From: Vulcanimicrobiota bacterium
GTDB taxonomy: Bacteria > Vulcanimicrobiota > Vulcanimicrobiia > Vulcanimicrobiales > Vulcanimicrobiaceae
Direction: 5' to 3'
Length of the DNA: 64,000 nucleotides
Assembly (NCBI GenBank): GCA_963833095.1
Contig: CAWHWQ010000003.1
Location: 1 to 64,000, forward strand
Every line of letters begins with the position of its first letter. The stretch's first letter is position 1. The notes under the pieces were generated by a model. It was given only the letters and a program-made list of their open reading frames with translations, searched no databases and had not been told where the DNA came from. This document shows, one piece after another, positions 9,114-20,243 of the stretch. The position numbers and the translations under genes are program-made.

Positions 9114-10796
9114 CTAGGACCGCATAGCCAGCATCGCCACTTTCATCGCTGAGAAGGGCGTTTGGCGCATCTCGAAATCGATCAACGCTTGGCCGATCTT
9201 ATCGGCGAGGCGATTGGTCACAAACCACGGCGGTTTGGGCAACAGCGTCGCGCCATAACCAGCGACGCTGCGCGGGAACGGTGCGAAGGGCGCCCAGACG
9301 ACGCTCTTTTGCGCGCGATCGAAGAGATAGCTGTTGTGCACGACCCCGATGCCGCTGCGCACGTCCTGGATCGTATGGCCCGGATACGCGCCCCAGGTTG
9401 TCTCGGTCAGTAAGAAGCCCACGCCGGTCCAGGCATTGACCGCGACACAGCCGTAGCGCAGTCTCGCGATTGCCGCATCGAGATCGCTCGCGTGCGTACT
9501 CATCGTGGCTGGATGCACCACTAAGTTCGCACCGAGGGTCCCCCACAAGCGATCGTTTGCAAACGTCACCGCGTCGCGCAAGAAGGTTGCAGTATCGCCG
9601 GGCAGCGTCGTAATGGCGAGCACGCTCGCAAAAGCTTCGATTTCGAAGTTGGGATCTTCGCTGCTCGCATCGACACGAACGATCGTGCGCGGCGTGTAAC
9701 CTTGATCGCTGCGTCCGTAGCGCTCCGTCTCATGTCCGGTCGCGAGGCGTTCGCAGCGTTGACTTGCTCCAGGATAATAGGCGGGGCGATCGAGCACGTC
9801 GCGCATGACCGCTTCGATCTGGGCGATGAGTTTTGGGGTTCCATCCCAGTCGCGCGGCAGCACGGCGACCTGCGAGGCGATGCAGTTGAACCCGTCGTTG
9901 TGCAGCTTTTGGGTGACGATTTGTTCGGCTTGGAAGCGAAAGTCCGCGTCGGTCCACGGGCCCGGCACGACGATCGTGGGGCTCACGTTGCCAAGTTCGG
10001 CAGTGATCGGTTTGGTCACGCCGCTCGCGACGATCGCATTGAAGGTGCGATCGCTGCCGGTAATGTGGATCTCGTCGACCAGCGGATGATTGCAGAGCAA
10101 CTTGCCGATCTCCGCATCGCCGTAGGCAAAGCGCAGAAAGCCGCCGTCAACCAACGGCTTGAGCGCGTCTTCAAAAATCGGTCCGAGATACTCGTTGACG
10201 GGGTTCATCTTGAGGATGCAGACGGCGCCGTCGGCGATGAGCTTGTAGAGCACGTCGAGCGGAGGGATCGACGCGATGTTGCCCGCGCCAAGCACGAGTG
10301 CAACACGCGGTTGCGGCGCGGACTGCTTGTACCACACCGCCGTCGTGGATTTGAGGTTTTCGCGCGTGACGCCGGGCTGCATCCACACTTGCGCGCGAAC
10401 GCCCGAGAGGAGCAGACGATCGTAAAACGCGTTGGGAAAGACGTCGACGGTGACTTGGCCGTCGGCGCGTTCGTGCACACGGGATGGATCGACGCGCGGC
10501 GCGCCGTCGCGCGCGAGATCGTGCATCGTGCGGATGTAGCGGTTGAGCGCGTAGAGTAGCGCCCACGGTCCGCTGACCCATTCCTCGCCGGCAAGCGGCG
10601 TGCCGGTGAGGCCCTTGGCCTCCGTTGCGGCTTGCGCCCAGCGGGAGGCTTGGTCATAGACGCTTTGCCGGACCGCGATGAGCAGCTCGGCTTTGGCCGC
10701 GGTGCGCAGCGCGACCCAACGCTTCGCACCTTCGCGCAATTCGATGAGTGACTGTTCGATCTCGGTCGGCGTTGCCGGGTGAACGAGCGTGGTCAT
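9114..10796 (-). CDS. Aldehyde dehydrogenase family protein
   Basis: LGAGN, LKMNPVN, IHITGS, AELGNVSP, GFNC and EAF motifs. The MTTLVHP start overlaps the upstream stop codon. Confidence 0.85.
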   Translation of the reverse strand: MTTLVHPATPTEIEQSLIELREGAKRWVALRTAAKAELLIAVRQSVYDQASRWAQAATEAKGLTGTPLAGEEWVSGPWALLYALNRYIRTMHDLARDGAPRVDPSRVHERADGQVTVDVFPNAFYDRLLLSGVRAQVWMQPGVTRENLKSTTAVWYKQSAPQPRVALVLGAGNIASIPPLDVLYKLIADGAVCILKMNPVNEYLGPIFEDALKPLVDGGFLRFAYGDAEIGKLLCNHPLVDEIHITGSDRTFNAIVASGVTKPITAELGNVSPTIVVPGPWTDADFRFQAEQIVTQKLHNDGFNCIASQVAVLPRDWDGTPKLIAQIEAVMRDVLDRPAYYPGASQRCERLATGHETERYGRSDQGYTPRTIVRVDASSEDPNFEIEAFASVLAITTLPGDTATFLRDAVTFANDRLWGTLGANLVVHPATMSTHASDLDAAIARLRYGCVAVNAWTGVGFLLTETTWGAYPGHTIQDVRSGIGVVHNSYLFDRAQKSVVWAPFAPFPRSVAGYGATLLPKPPWFVTNRLADKIGQALIDFEMRQTPFSAMKVAMLAMRS

Positions 10797-11200
10797 TCGT
10801 GCGCCGAGACCATCCACTGAATGCCGAACTTGTCGACGACCTGCCCGAATCGGCCGCCCCAAAACGCCTTCTCGAACGGCATCTCGACCGTGCCGCCTTG
10901 CGAAAGAGCTTTGAAGACGCGCTCGCCCTCGGCGACGTCCTTGGTCGCGATGGAGAGCGCGATATCGTCTTCGCCGTGCGGCGGAGTGCCGGGCCGTCCG
11001 TCGGAGGCCATGAACTTCAAGTCGCCGGCGACGAAGCTCGCGTGCATCACCTTGTTGCCCCACGCCGGATCGCCTTGATGTTCGGGCGGTGAGTCCGACA
11101 TGCGGCTGAGGCCGACGATCTCGCCGCCGAAACAGGCGGCGTAAAAGTTCAGCGCTTCCTCGCAGGTCCCGTGAAAGAAGAGGTACGGCTCGAGCTGCAT
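10793..11200 (-). CDS. VOC family protein (PhnB-like)
   Basis: PYLFFHGTCEEALNFY, VMHA and FWGGRFGQVVDKFGIQWM motifs. Confidence 0.88.
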   Translation of the reverse strand: MQLEPYLFFHGTCEEALNFYAACFGGEIVGLSRMSDSPPEHQGDPAWGNKVMHASFVAGDLKFMASDGRPGTPPHGEDDIALSIATKDVAEGERVFKALSQGGTVEMPFEKAFWGGRFGQVVDKFGIQWMVSAHE

Positions 11201-11258
11201 CTGCGTCTCCTCCGAATGGGGGGACGAAAGCCTTAGGCATCCGTCCCGGGCCCCCTCT

Positions 11259-11285
11259 TGTCATCCCGAGCGTAGTCGAGGGACC
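11259..11285. repeat. Possible REP-like palindromic element (single copy here)
   Basis: TGTCATCCCGAGCGTAGTCGAGGGAC resembles the widespread TGTCATCCYGAGC..GARGGA intergenic repeats. Only one copy is visible. Confidence 0.3.
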
Positions 11286-11482
11286 ACCTGTGTCCTCATT
11301 CCATGCAAGGCGGGAACTGGAAGTTCCAGTATCCGGTTGTAGTTACTTGCGCGGTGCATAGTTCGTTTGGACTATGCGCGTTGTTTCGCGCAGGAAAAAA
11401 GAACCAGTGCGCAGATTACTGCCGGACGTCCAAATGGCCCATGGAAGGGCCTGCACGTCCTTATTTCTTTGGGGTGGAAAAC

Positions 11483-11683
11483 ATGGCTTTGACGGAAATG
11501 GAGAAGACGGTCGTTTCCTGCCTTGCGCAGGGGATGCAAAGTAAAGAGATCGCGGCACACGTAGGGCGAAGCAAACCGACGGTCGAGGGATATATTAGGG
11601 TTCTTTTTGCCAAGACGAACGCGCGCTCGCGAGCACACCTCGTCGCGATCGCTATAGGCATGGATACGGTTAGTGGGAACTGA
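11483..11683 (+). CDS. Stand-alone LuxR/GerE-type helix-turn-helix regulator (66 aa)
   Basis: LTEMEKTVVSCLAQGMQSKEIAAHVGRSKPTVEGYIRVLFAKTNARSRAHLV matches the LuxR C-terminal HTH. Confidence 0.8.
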   Translation: MALTEMEKTVVSCLAQGMQSKEIAAHVGRSKPTVEGYIRVLFAKTNARSRAHLVAIAIGMDTVSGN

Positions 11684-14048
11684 TCGGAATCTGTATCGTT
11701 GCGGCGAACCCGTCGTTGCGGTACGCATTAAGCGTTAGCTGCTGAACCGGCTGCGAGGCACCGAGCGCAAACTGCGTTCCCGGGAATGTCCCCTGCCACT
11801 TGCCCGGACCGACCTGGCTGAGTGACACGCTTGCGTTCGGCGTGCCGATCTGCACGCGCGTCACATTGGTCGTGGTGACGACGGCTATGGATACCGTTGT
11901 GCTCGAGGTCAACACGGTCGGTGAAAGGCGCGCGTAAAAAATCTGCGGCGCGTCTTGCGGTTGGGCGAAATTATTTTGCGGTGCATGGCCAAACTCGAAC
12001 ACGTTCGACGCGGCAAATGCCGACGGCGTTGGTTGCGGCGCGGGCGACGAGCTCGGCACTGGGGTATTGAGCACCGGTAATGGCCCTTGTGTCGGCATGC
12101 CGGTTGGGCGCGCAGCCGGGAGGGCCATGCCGGGCGGAACGGTGGGAAGCGGCTGCGGCGTTGGGAGCCCCATCGTGGCACCCGGCGGCGGCGTCGGCTC
12201 GCCGTCGCGAATGATATGCGGTGTGACGACGATGACGAGTTCGTTGCTCGTATTGTTCGTGTCGTTGTTCTTGAAGAGACCGCCGATGATCGGAATCTGA
12301 CTGAGCAGCGGAAGACTCGTGATCGTGCGCGTGTCCTCGAGTTGAATCAATCCTCCGATGACGAGCGTCTGATTGTCGTGCAGCGTTACGGTTGTCTGCG
12401 CGTTGCGGGTGGAGATCTCCGGCACGCCGTTGGGGTCGCCCGACAGGCTGTTGACGGTTGGATGTACGGTGACGATGATGTTGCCGTCGGCATTGACGAT
12501 CGGCGTAATATCGAGCGTCACGCCGGTATTGAACGACTGAAGCTGCGTTGTGACGACCGTCCCGACGCCGCCGCCCGTGGTCGTGAGGATTGAGAGGGTG
12601 TCGCCGGCCTGGAAATTCGCATCGTGTCCCGAGAGCGTCACGATGCGCGGATCGGCGAGCACACGACCATCGCCGTGCTGGATGAGCAGATTCAACTCGG
12701 CGGTAAGCTGGATCGGCGTTCGGGTGATCGGCTGAATCTTCCCGATGCGGCCTTGATTGCCGTAGGGATCGGGCGTTGGCTGTATCTCTTCAAAGGTCGT
12801 GCTGATCACCGCGTTCGGGAGCTCGAGCCCCAAGTTCTTGGCGAGGCTCCCGTCGATTTCGAGCACTTCGGTATCGAGTTCGACCAGCGGTGGCACGACG
12901 TCGAGCTTGCCGATGAGTTCTTTCGCCAGGCGAATGCTGCTCGGATCGCCGGTGAGAATGAGCGACGCGGAATTTTGCATGACGGTGACGTGCAGCCCCG
13001 AGGCCATTTGTCCAAGCGCCTGCGTAACCGCCGTCGCGATATCTTGAGCCGTGGTCGAGGGCGCCCCGTTGGTACCGGGAATTGCCGATTTTAGCTGAAT
13101 GACCGCCATGTTGCCGTCGCTCATTGCAGCGCCGGATCCGGGCTGCCCCATCATTCCGGCGCCGCCGCTCTTTCCGTCGAGTTGATCGATCGCATCATTG
13201 ATCCGATTCTGCTCGGTTGCCGTTGCGCGCACGGAGATCGCGTTGAGATCGGTGTCGACGACGACTTTCGCGTCGGGATACGTCTTCTGGACGAGATCAC
13301 CGACCGACGCGGCATCGACGCTCTTGAGGTGGTAAACCTGGGTGAAGCTCGAGCCAGCAGGCGGCATGTCGAGTTGCGCTACCAGCGTTTTCGCAGCGGT
13401 GACGGATTGCGGATCACCGGTGATGAGCAGCGATGAACCTGAAACGCTGATCCGTACGCGTGGAACCGTTCGCACAACGGCGCGCGCGACGTACGCGGGA
13501 TGCGCGAGTTTGACGTCGATCGCTTCGACTGGATCGGTCGGCGGGGGTGGCGAGGCCATTGGTGCGGTATCGAGGCTCGCGATGAGGGCCTTAATCTGGG
13601 TTGCATCGAGCGGTTTGGCTTTTAACAGCACACTGTTCTTCGAAGCGACGGTGATCGAGGAAGCCGGAAAGAGCGACGCCACCTTTTGCACGAGCACGTC
13701 GGGCTTGATCGTGTGAAGTGTCACGATTTCGAGCGTTGGTTGGTTTGGATTGCGCACGTCGAGGCCGGAGATAACGGTTCGCACGGTTTGCACGTCATCC
13801 GGTGCGCCTACCACGACGATCGCGTTCGCTCGGGGATCCGTGCGCACGCGCACATGCGGGAAGAGCTGGTGCACGATACCGGCCGCCTGATTCAGAGGCA
13901 TCACCTGCACTTGAATGACGGCGGGAACGGGCGATGGTGTGGGCGCTGGGGCGACATGCGTACCGGCAGCGCCTGCGGGGAGCAGAGCGGCCAAGGATGC
14001 AACCGTGAGCAGCGCGACGATTGACGCGCGGGCGATGAACGAACGCAT
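11670..14048 (-). CDS. Secretin (type II/III secretion system outer-membrane channel) with multiple Secretin_N repeats and a C-terminal extension
   Basis: Signal peptide; repeated D-x-R-x-N-A-I-V-V...I-x-x-L-D N-domains. Secretin core VLADPRIVTLSG, GVTLDITP, TLVIGGLI, LPLLSQIPIIGGLFK and ELVIVVTPHII. Confidence 0.9.
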   Translation of the reverse strand: MRSFIARASIVALLTVASLAALLPAGAAGTHVAPAPTPSPVPAVIQVQVMPLNQAAGIVHQLFPHVRVRTDPRANAIVVVGAPDDVQTVRTVISGLDVRNPNQPTLEIVTLHTIKPDVLVQKVASLFPASSITVASKNSVLLKAKPLDATQIKALIASLDTAPMASPPPPTDPVEAIDVKLAHPAYVARAVVRTVPRVRISVSGSSLLITGDPQSVTAAKTLVAQLDMPPAGSSFTQVYHLKSVDAASVGDLVQKTYPDAKVVVDTDLNAISVRATATEQNRINDAIDQLDGKSGGAGMMGQPGSGAAMSDGNMAVIQLKSAIPGTNGAPSTTAQDIATAVTQALGQMASGLHVTVMQNSASLILTGDPSSIRLAKELIGKLDVVPPLVELDTEVLEIDGSLAKNLGLELPNAVISTTFEEIQPTPDPYGNQGRIGKIQPITRTPIQLTAELNLLIQHGDGRVLADPRIVTLSGHDANFQAGDTLSILTTTGGGVGTVVTTQLQSFNTGVTLDITPIVNADGNIIVTVHPTVNSLSGDPNGVPEISTRNAQTTVTLHDNQTLVIGGLIQLEDTRTITSLPLLSQIPIIGGLFKNNDTNNTSNELVIVVTPHIIRDGEPTPPPGATMGLPTPQPLPTVPPGMALPAARPTGMPTQGPLPVLNTPVPSSSPAPQPTPSAFAASNVFEFGHAPQNNFAQPQDAPQIFYARLSPTVLTSSTTVSIAVVTTTNVTRVQIGTPNASVSLSQVGPGKWQGTFPGTQFALGASQPVQQLTLNAYRNDGFAATIQIPISSH

Positions 14049-14111
14049 GAAGTAGCTTGCACACTTGAATGCGCCTGCACATGGATACCTGCGACAGCGA
14101 GTTATATGTAT

Positions 14112-14138
14112 TGATGATCAAAAGTGATCATCACTTTT
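14112..14138. promoter_or_regulatory. Overlapping palindromes in the divergent secretin/Rhs intergenic region
   Basis: TGATGATCA-aaag-TGATCATCA (14112-14133) and AAAAGTGAT-c-ATCACTTTT (14120-14138) lie in an AT-rich patch. Confidence 0.55.
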
Positions 14139-14229
14139 AATGAGCAGTAATCGTTGAGCATTTCGCAAGGAAGCGCGAGTTTCGAAACGAGAACGCCAGC
14201 GCCATATCGTCTCTTGTGTGGAGAAGTGT

Positions 14230-17200
14230 ATGCGTCGCTTTTTTGCGTTCGTTCTCGTGGCAATATTTTCACTGCAGTCAACCGCGTCGGCCGCGTCGTC
14301 GACGCGGGTCGGCGCTCCGAACCTGCAACCGCTCCTCTCGGCCATCGAGAGCTCGCAGATCTTTGCGCTGGTGACGGGACAAGAGTCCCGTTACGAAGCG
14401 ATGCATGCGCCGGCGCCGACGTTTCCAAAGATTGCGCATACGCGTTCGAATTTCGATGCGAGCCTCTCGCGGCGAGCGATTCTTATACGGCACTCGGGGT
14501 CACCGGGCGCCGGGCCGCAGATGAGCCGCAACTTCGTCGTCCCTCGCGGCGTTGCTGACCCGCTTGCTACGCACGGCCAGGTGCCGCGCCAGATCGGTCT
14601 GCAAAGCGCAGGTGCCTCTCGGGTTGCGGACGCGCGTACCGCGCCTCACCGCATGACCCTCTCGCCGACGAGCATCACCGAGTACGTCGGGCAGACGACG
14701 TACCTCTACCTGGGAAACAACGATGGAACTGCGGCCGGAGCCTCCGGGTGCACTGGAATAGCAAGCTTCAATGGGAACAGCTACGGTGTGACCGGTGTCG
14801 CAGCGGGCACTTGCTCATTGAGGGTTGGATGGAACACGCCAACCGGCGGCAAGGTCGGCGTCGTCAGCGTAACGATCTTGCAACCGACGCCGTCGCCGAC
14901 ACCGACGCGTTCGCCGACACCTACGCCACTCCCAACCGCGACGCCGACACCGGTGTCCACTCCAACGCCCGTGCCGACACCGACGCCGATTCCCGTCACG
15001 CCCACGCCATCACCGACGCCGACCCCCGCTGGATCACCTCTTCCCACACCGGCAACCGGCATCAATCATTGGTGGAGCTACGAGGAGCGCGCCGTGCCGG
15101 GCGTCGGCAAGGCGATGGTCAATGTCGGCAACGGCAACCTGGTCGTGCAGGCAGATGACGTCGATGTTCCCGAGCGTGGAATCGACCTTGCATTCCGCCG
15201 CTCGTACAACGCGATGAGCGGACACGACGCGAGCAGCAGCGACGGCTCCACGCCAAGTGTGTTCGGCAATGGGTGGACGAGCACGTTCGATGCGCACATG
15301 GCCTACAACGCCGTGACTACGACGATGAGCGTCTACGATATCGACGGCGCGCGCTACGACTACGTCCCGAACGGGTCGGGGGGCTGGGCCTCACCGGCCG
15401 GCATGCACGCGCAGCTACTCTACGATGGGTCGTGCGGCTACTATTGGGCTAAACCAACCGGCACGATTTACCATTTCTATTCGCCCTCGCCCTCGGCGAC
15501 AAATTGCCCCTCGGGCAGCGCGCAAACCGCCGGATACTGGGGGCGCATCTATTCGATCTCCGGGCGCAATCACACCAACAGCCTCACCTTGACCTATAGT
15601 TGGAGTGACGGCGTCGGAAATAGTGCCGAGGCACTCACGGCGATTACCGTGACGCACAGCGATGGCCAAGCACTGTCGTTAAAGTTCGCCGTCGTCTCCG
15701 GGACAAGCATCACCGAACTGCAGTCCATCACGCGACCCGACGGCGCCGAGATCAGTTATCAATACGACTCGAGCGGCGATCTGATCGAAGTCGATCGGCC
15801 TGGGAACGCCGTCGACGTCACGCATCAGCAGACGATTACGACCCTGCCCGAGATGTACACCTACACCGGCAAGCATCTGCTGTCGTCGGTGGCAAGTCCA
15901 CGCGACGTGTGGAGTCAACGTTACGCGCCGGGGAACCCCGATGGCGACGTTCTTACTTTCGCGTACGATTCGTCGAATCGCCTCACGGGCATCACCGACG
16001 CATCGTTGGTGGACCCAATTCCGAACGATAACCAGAATGCCCAGCTCCAGCCCACGTTCGGCCAAACCGGCGTCGTGTCGTGGTATCAGGAGACGTTCTC
16101 GGGCTGGGGCAGCGGGACCACGCAGTACACCGATACGGCGGGCCACGCATCGAAGTGGACGGTCGATGCATTATGGCGCGTGACCGCAGAGCCAGGATTT
16201 CAATGGTTCGCTCTGGCTTCAGACCGAGCAATCCTGGGATACCAACAACAACATCATTACGTCGACCGATCCGCGCGGCAAACGACGACATACGCCTACG
16301 ACCAATACGGCGACACGCTCGCCGTCCTGCAACCACAGATAACGACGACGACTGCAGGAACGGTGAATCCGCTCGCGCTCTACTCGTACACGACCAATAC
16401 CGATTCGATCGGCATGACGTATGCGAACCTCGCGTCGTACTGCGATCCGAACTACGTGGCTCTACGCGCAACGTGGAGCGGGACTGGCACGCCACCCGCG
16501 TGCCCGACGGGCACGGGTGCAACGGGCGCGACTCAGTATATTTATGACTACGCTGATAGCAACGAGCCCGCCGGCGTACTGGTGAATACGTACACGCCGC
16601 TCGGATACGAGCATACGATCGGGTATTATTCATCCGCGCAATCCGACAACTACGGTCTTCCGACGTCGGTCACGGGTGCCTCGATCACCCAAAACGACGG
16701 TACCGTGCGCACCCCGACGCAGACCTTCGCATACGACAGCTTCGGGAATCTGACGAGCTACAATGCCGGCAACGGCGCTTGGACGCTGACATACGATACG
16801 CTCAACCGGATGCTGACGCGTAGCGATCCGGATTCAGTTACGAGCTATTCGTGCTACAACGTCGACGGCTCGGTGGCGTATACGGAGAGCGCCTACCAGC
16901 GCTCCTTAGACGGGACGACCGGCTGCCAAAGTACCGCACCCGCCTATGCGGTCTCGCAACTCTACGATGCCGATGGCAACGTGGTGCAGCAAACGCATCA
17001 CTACGGGCAGACCTCAGGTGGAAGTGTCGCTCCAGGCGTGACGCAGAAGTGGTACGACGGCGACGATCGTCTTATCGAAGTCAAGCAGCCGCAGGACACA
17101 ACCGATGTCTACGCGTTTCCCTGGTTGACGCGCTATATCTATGATCTGTCGGAAAATCAGCCCGTCTCGATCACGGGCGGCGCCACGGTTAATGCGTACG

Positions 17201-19506
17201 GTAATCTCTATAAGACGCAGGAATGTCTCCAGGCGACGAGTGTCCTAGTCGCCGGCCCGTTCGCAGGAAAACCATCAGGCAGCCCAACCGTTACGGGAAG
17301 TTGCACGTCATTTTTCGATGTACGTGGCAACAGCTTCGACCCACTCGATCGTGGACTGAACAAATACGAGGTGGCGGCGGGAAGCACACCCGAGTCGACC
17401 GCAACCTATGACACGAATGCCGACCTCGGGCTCCTCAGCGAGAAGACGACCGCGACCGGACAAACCGATACGCTCGCTTACGACGCCGACGGCCATCTCG
17501 CAAGCGAAACCTTCACTGACGGAATCACCCCGAATCGGTCATTCGGCTATGACCCCGACGGCCATCAAACGAGTCTGACATCGACGGCCCTGGGAACGCA
17601 GACGCGTACCTATGATGCGAATGCGCGCCTGATCGGAACGACCGACCCCAGCAGTTTGAGCGATCCGGGTTCCGTGACGTATTCCTATTACCCGGACGGC
17701 ATGCGTCAGGCGCTCAGCTTGAGCATCCCAGCCTTGAACTTCTCGCAGAGTACGCTGTTTGCGTACAACTACCGCGCGGACGGAAAACCGTCGTCGCTGG
17801 TGAGTGCGATCGGCTACGGGAACAAGACCTTCGCCTGGACCTATACTGCAGCGGGCCGAGAACTCACGCAGAGTGATCCATTGACCGGAGCCCAGGTCTA
17901 CGGGAACGACATCAGTCTCGTCCCCGAAACCTACACCTACGACAGCTACGGGCGCGTAAACACGCTGCAGCTGCCGCGCTCGCTAAACCAACTCCAGAGC
18001 TTCACCTATGACGCCGAAGGGAGTGCGGTCAATTTCCAGACCGGCGTTACACCCTATCCGTACGTCTACACCGCAAGAAACGAAACGTGGGGGCCAAACG
18101 CCTATGGCCAAGATGCCAACGGTGCACAGTGTACGCAAGGGAGCAGCTGCACGATAGATTCGCGCTCGAACCAACTACTCTCCGATACCGAGTCCTACAC
18201 GCCGCCGGGCGGCTCAATGGTAACGGCGACGCATACCTATTCGTACGACGCTGCAGGGCGCGAAACGAACGATGCCTCGCAGACGTGCAACGGTTCCGGT
18301 GCGACCGCGCGCACGTACGACACCGACAATCACGTCGCGCAAATGACCGTGAGCGGAAGCTATGACCCCGGCCTAACCACCTATAGCTGCGGAAATCTGT
18401 CGTCAGGTCCCTATACAGACTGCGTACTCTTGGGCGGCGGACGGGCATCTCGCAACGTTGACTAATGCCGCTGGGCCCTATACCGCTCATTGGGATGGCG
18501 ACGACCTGCTTTATGTTGCCGGTCAGCCGCTCACCATCTATATCGGGAAGCTCGGCTTCGTCACGCAAAGCCCGTCGGGATCGGGAACAGCGATCACCGG
18601 TGTATATAACCGCGACTGGAGCGGCACCACCATCGACGAGACCTTCTCACTTGCAACGGATGCTACAGAGGTGGCCTTTAGCGCACTGAATATCAATCGG
18701 CCCTACACTGCGTGCACGTCGGGAAATCCAAAGTGCGGAACGGCAAGCTCATTGCCGGCGGCGGGCGGCCCGAGCAGTGCTGGTGGTACCCCGCCGCAAC
18801 TCGCGCTCGACGCGCAGCGTACCGACGGCTACTACGACGGAGCCAACGTGTTCCAAGCGTGCGCGCGTACGACCCGAGCGCGAATCAATGGACCACGCCA
18901 GACGCATACGCCGGCGATGTGCACGACCCCATGTCACAAAAGCCGTACATGTGGAACAACAACAACGCGATGGCATACAGCGATCCTACGGGCTATGCAC
19001 CTCTCTTTCGAGATGCGAGCAGGGAGGGAGACGCGGCAGAGGACCCCAAACAGGTACACACTGAGGACTCCGCACCGCCGCTGATGTTAATGATACATGC
19101 GGCTGCTCGTGCATATTTGGACGGTCCCGTACTGCCCAGCGGCGGCCTAGTTCGCCCGGGTACGCAGACCGTCTCAGAGCTGGCAGAAAACGCCGATAAC
19201 TACTTGGTTAAAAGCGGCGCCTCAACCACGGAGTCGAGTAGCGACGGTCGAGCCGCGCTCCAAGTGGCTTTCGGTAACGGCCAGACGGGGCAAATGATAT
19301 TCTCTGCTGTCGAAGTCGAGATAGAAGTAAACGACAGGAAGGGAAATGAGATTGTGTCCGACTACAGCGAAGTTCGGTGGCAATGGGACCCTGGGAATTA
19401 CGGGCGGAAGTTTGTCGGCGGTTATCCCGAATACCGAATGGTCAACGCAGGGATAAAGACGTGGCTCCCTGCCCCGCTGCAAAGCGACGTGGAACCTAAG
19501 GAGTGA
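14230..19506 (+). CDS. Rhs/YD-repeat polymorphic toxin with Sec signal peptide (frameshifts near 16200-16270, 18420-18460 and 18855)
   Basis: [21 protein letters not shown] signal, PT-repeat linker, DUF6531-like segment (VNVGNGNL...FRRSYN...FGNGW) and many YD repeats. Core terminus [14 protein letters not shown]...[12 protein letters not shown] at about 18870-18993, then a variable C-terminus. Confidence 0.85.
14884..15050 (+). repeat. Pro-Thr repeat linker within the Rhs N-terminus
   Basis: [35 protein letters not shown]... encoded by degenerate ACGCCG repeats. Confidence 0.85.
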
Positions 19507-19507
19507 G

Positions 19508-19963
19508 ATGCCCATGAACGAATTGGTTCGCAGAACAGCCGCTAGCTTAATGGCGGTGATGCTTTTAGCTGCAGCGGGGACCGACAATTGCTCGGAGCAT
19601 TACGCGGGGCTTATTCGTCAATCCGCACGGTTTGCCGACGCCAAAGATTACGCGAAAGCAGCCGTTTTGCGGGATTCGGCCGGCAAGCTCTTTCAAAGAT
19701 GCTTTGCCGCGGGCACGGCTCCGAAGGACGAAATGTTTCCGTTTGATGGAGCGAACGCATTTACGGTAGCTGGTACGCTATGGCACGTTGCCGGTCACGA
19801 CGATCGCGCGAATACAGCCCTAAAGAGTGCAAAGCTTGCTTTGAAAGCAGTGCTGGCGGTCTCGCCCGAGCGATCGCTGAGCGAGCAGGAGCGACTGTAT
19901 CTTGATCGTGTTAGGACGGTGATCAGCCGGGAGAGTGCGGGGCGTTGGGGCGTTTGGAAGTAG
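19508..19963 (+). CDS. Putative cognate immunity protein with signal peptide
   Basis: Starts immediately after the Rhs stop codon. Hydrophobic N-terminus and helical content. Confidence 0.6.
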   Translation: MPMNELVRRTAASLMAVMLLAAAGTDNCSEHYAGLIRQSARFADAKDYAKAAVLRDSAGKLFQRCFAAGTAPKDEMFPFDGANAFTVAGTLWHVAGHDDRANTALKSAKLALKAVLAVSPERSLSEQERLYLDRVRTVISRESAGRWGVWK

Positions 19964-20243
19964 CTGATGCAGCGCCATGGACAGCGCTCGCGGGTGGCAC
20001 GCACCGATTCGGAGTAGTTGCTTTTCATTTCACAACCGTAGATCGGTTGCACAAGGGTGACTCGAAGGGCCTCCCGAGCTTCGCTGTTGCACGGGCCAAC
20101 TGCGGGTGTCCAATTGTGGCGCTCCTATGCTGTGCTTTCCGCGGTTTGCGTACGTAGAACACATAGCCAACAGCATTCTGGCGCGAAGTGTTAGCTAACC
20201 AGGGCAGCAGGCCGTGAAGTGACTCGACGGCGTATAAATGCTC

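Noticed and set aside
10797..11264. N-terminal extension of the aldehyde dehydrogenase
   Set aside because: It overlaps the PhnB-like gene in another frame. The ATG at 10796 gives a normal coupled start.
14884..15050. Short tandem repeats as a CRISPR or VNTR array
   Set aside because: These are degenerate codons for a Pro-Thr linker. There is no repeat-spacer structure and no cas genes.
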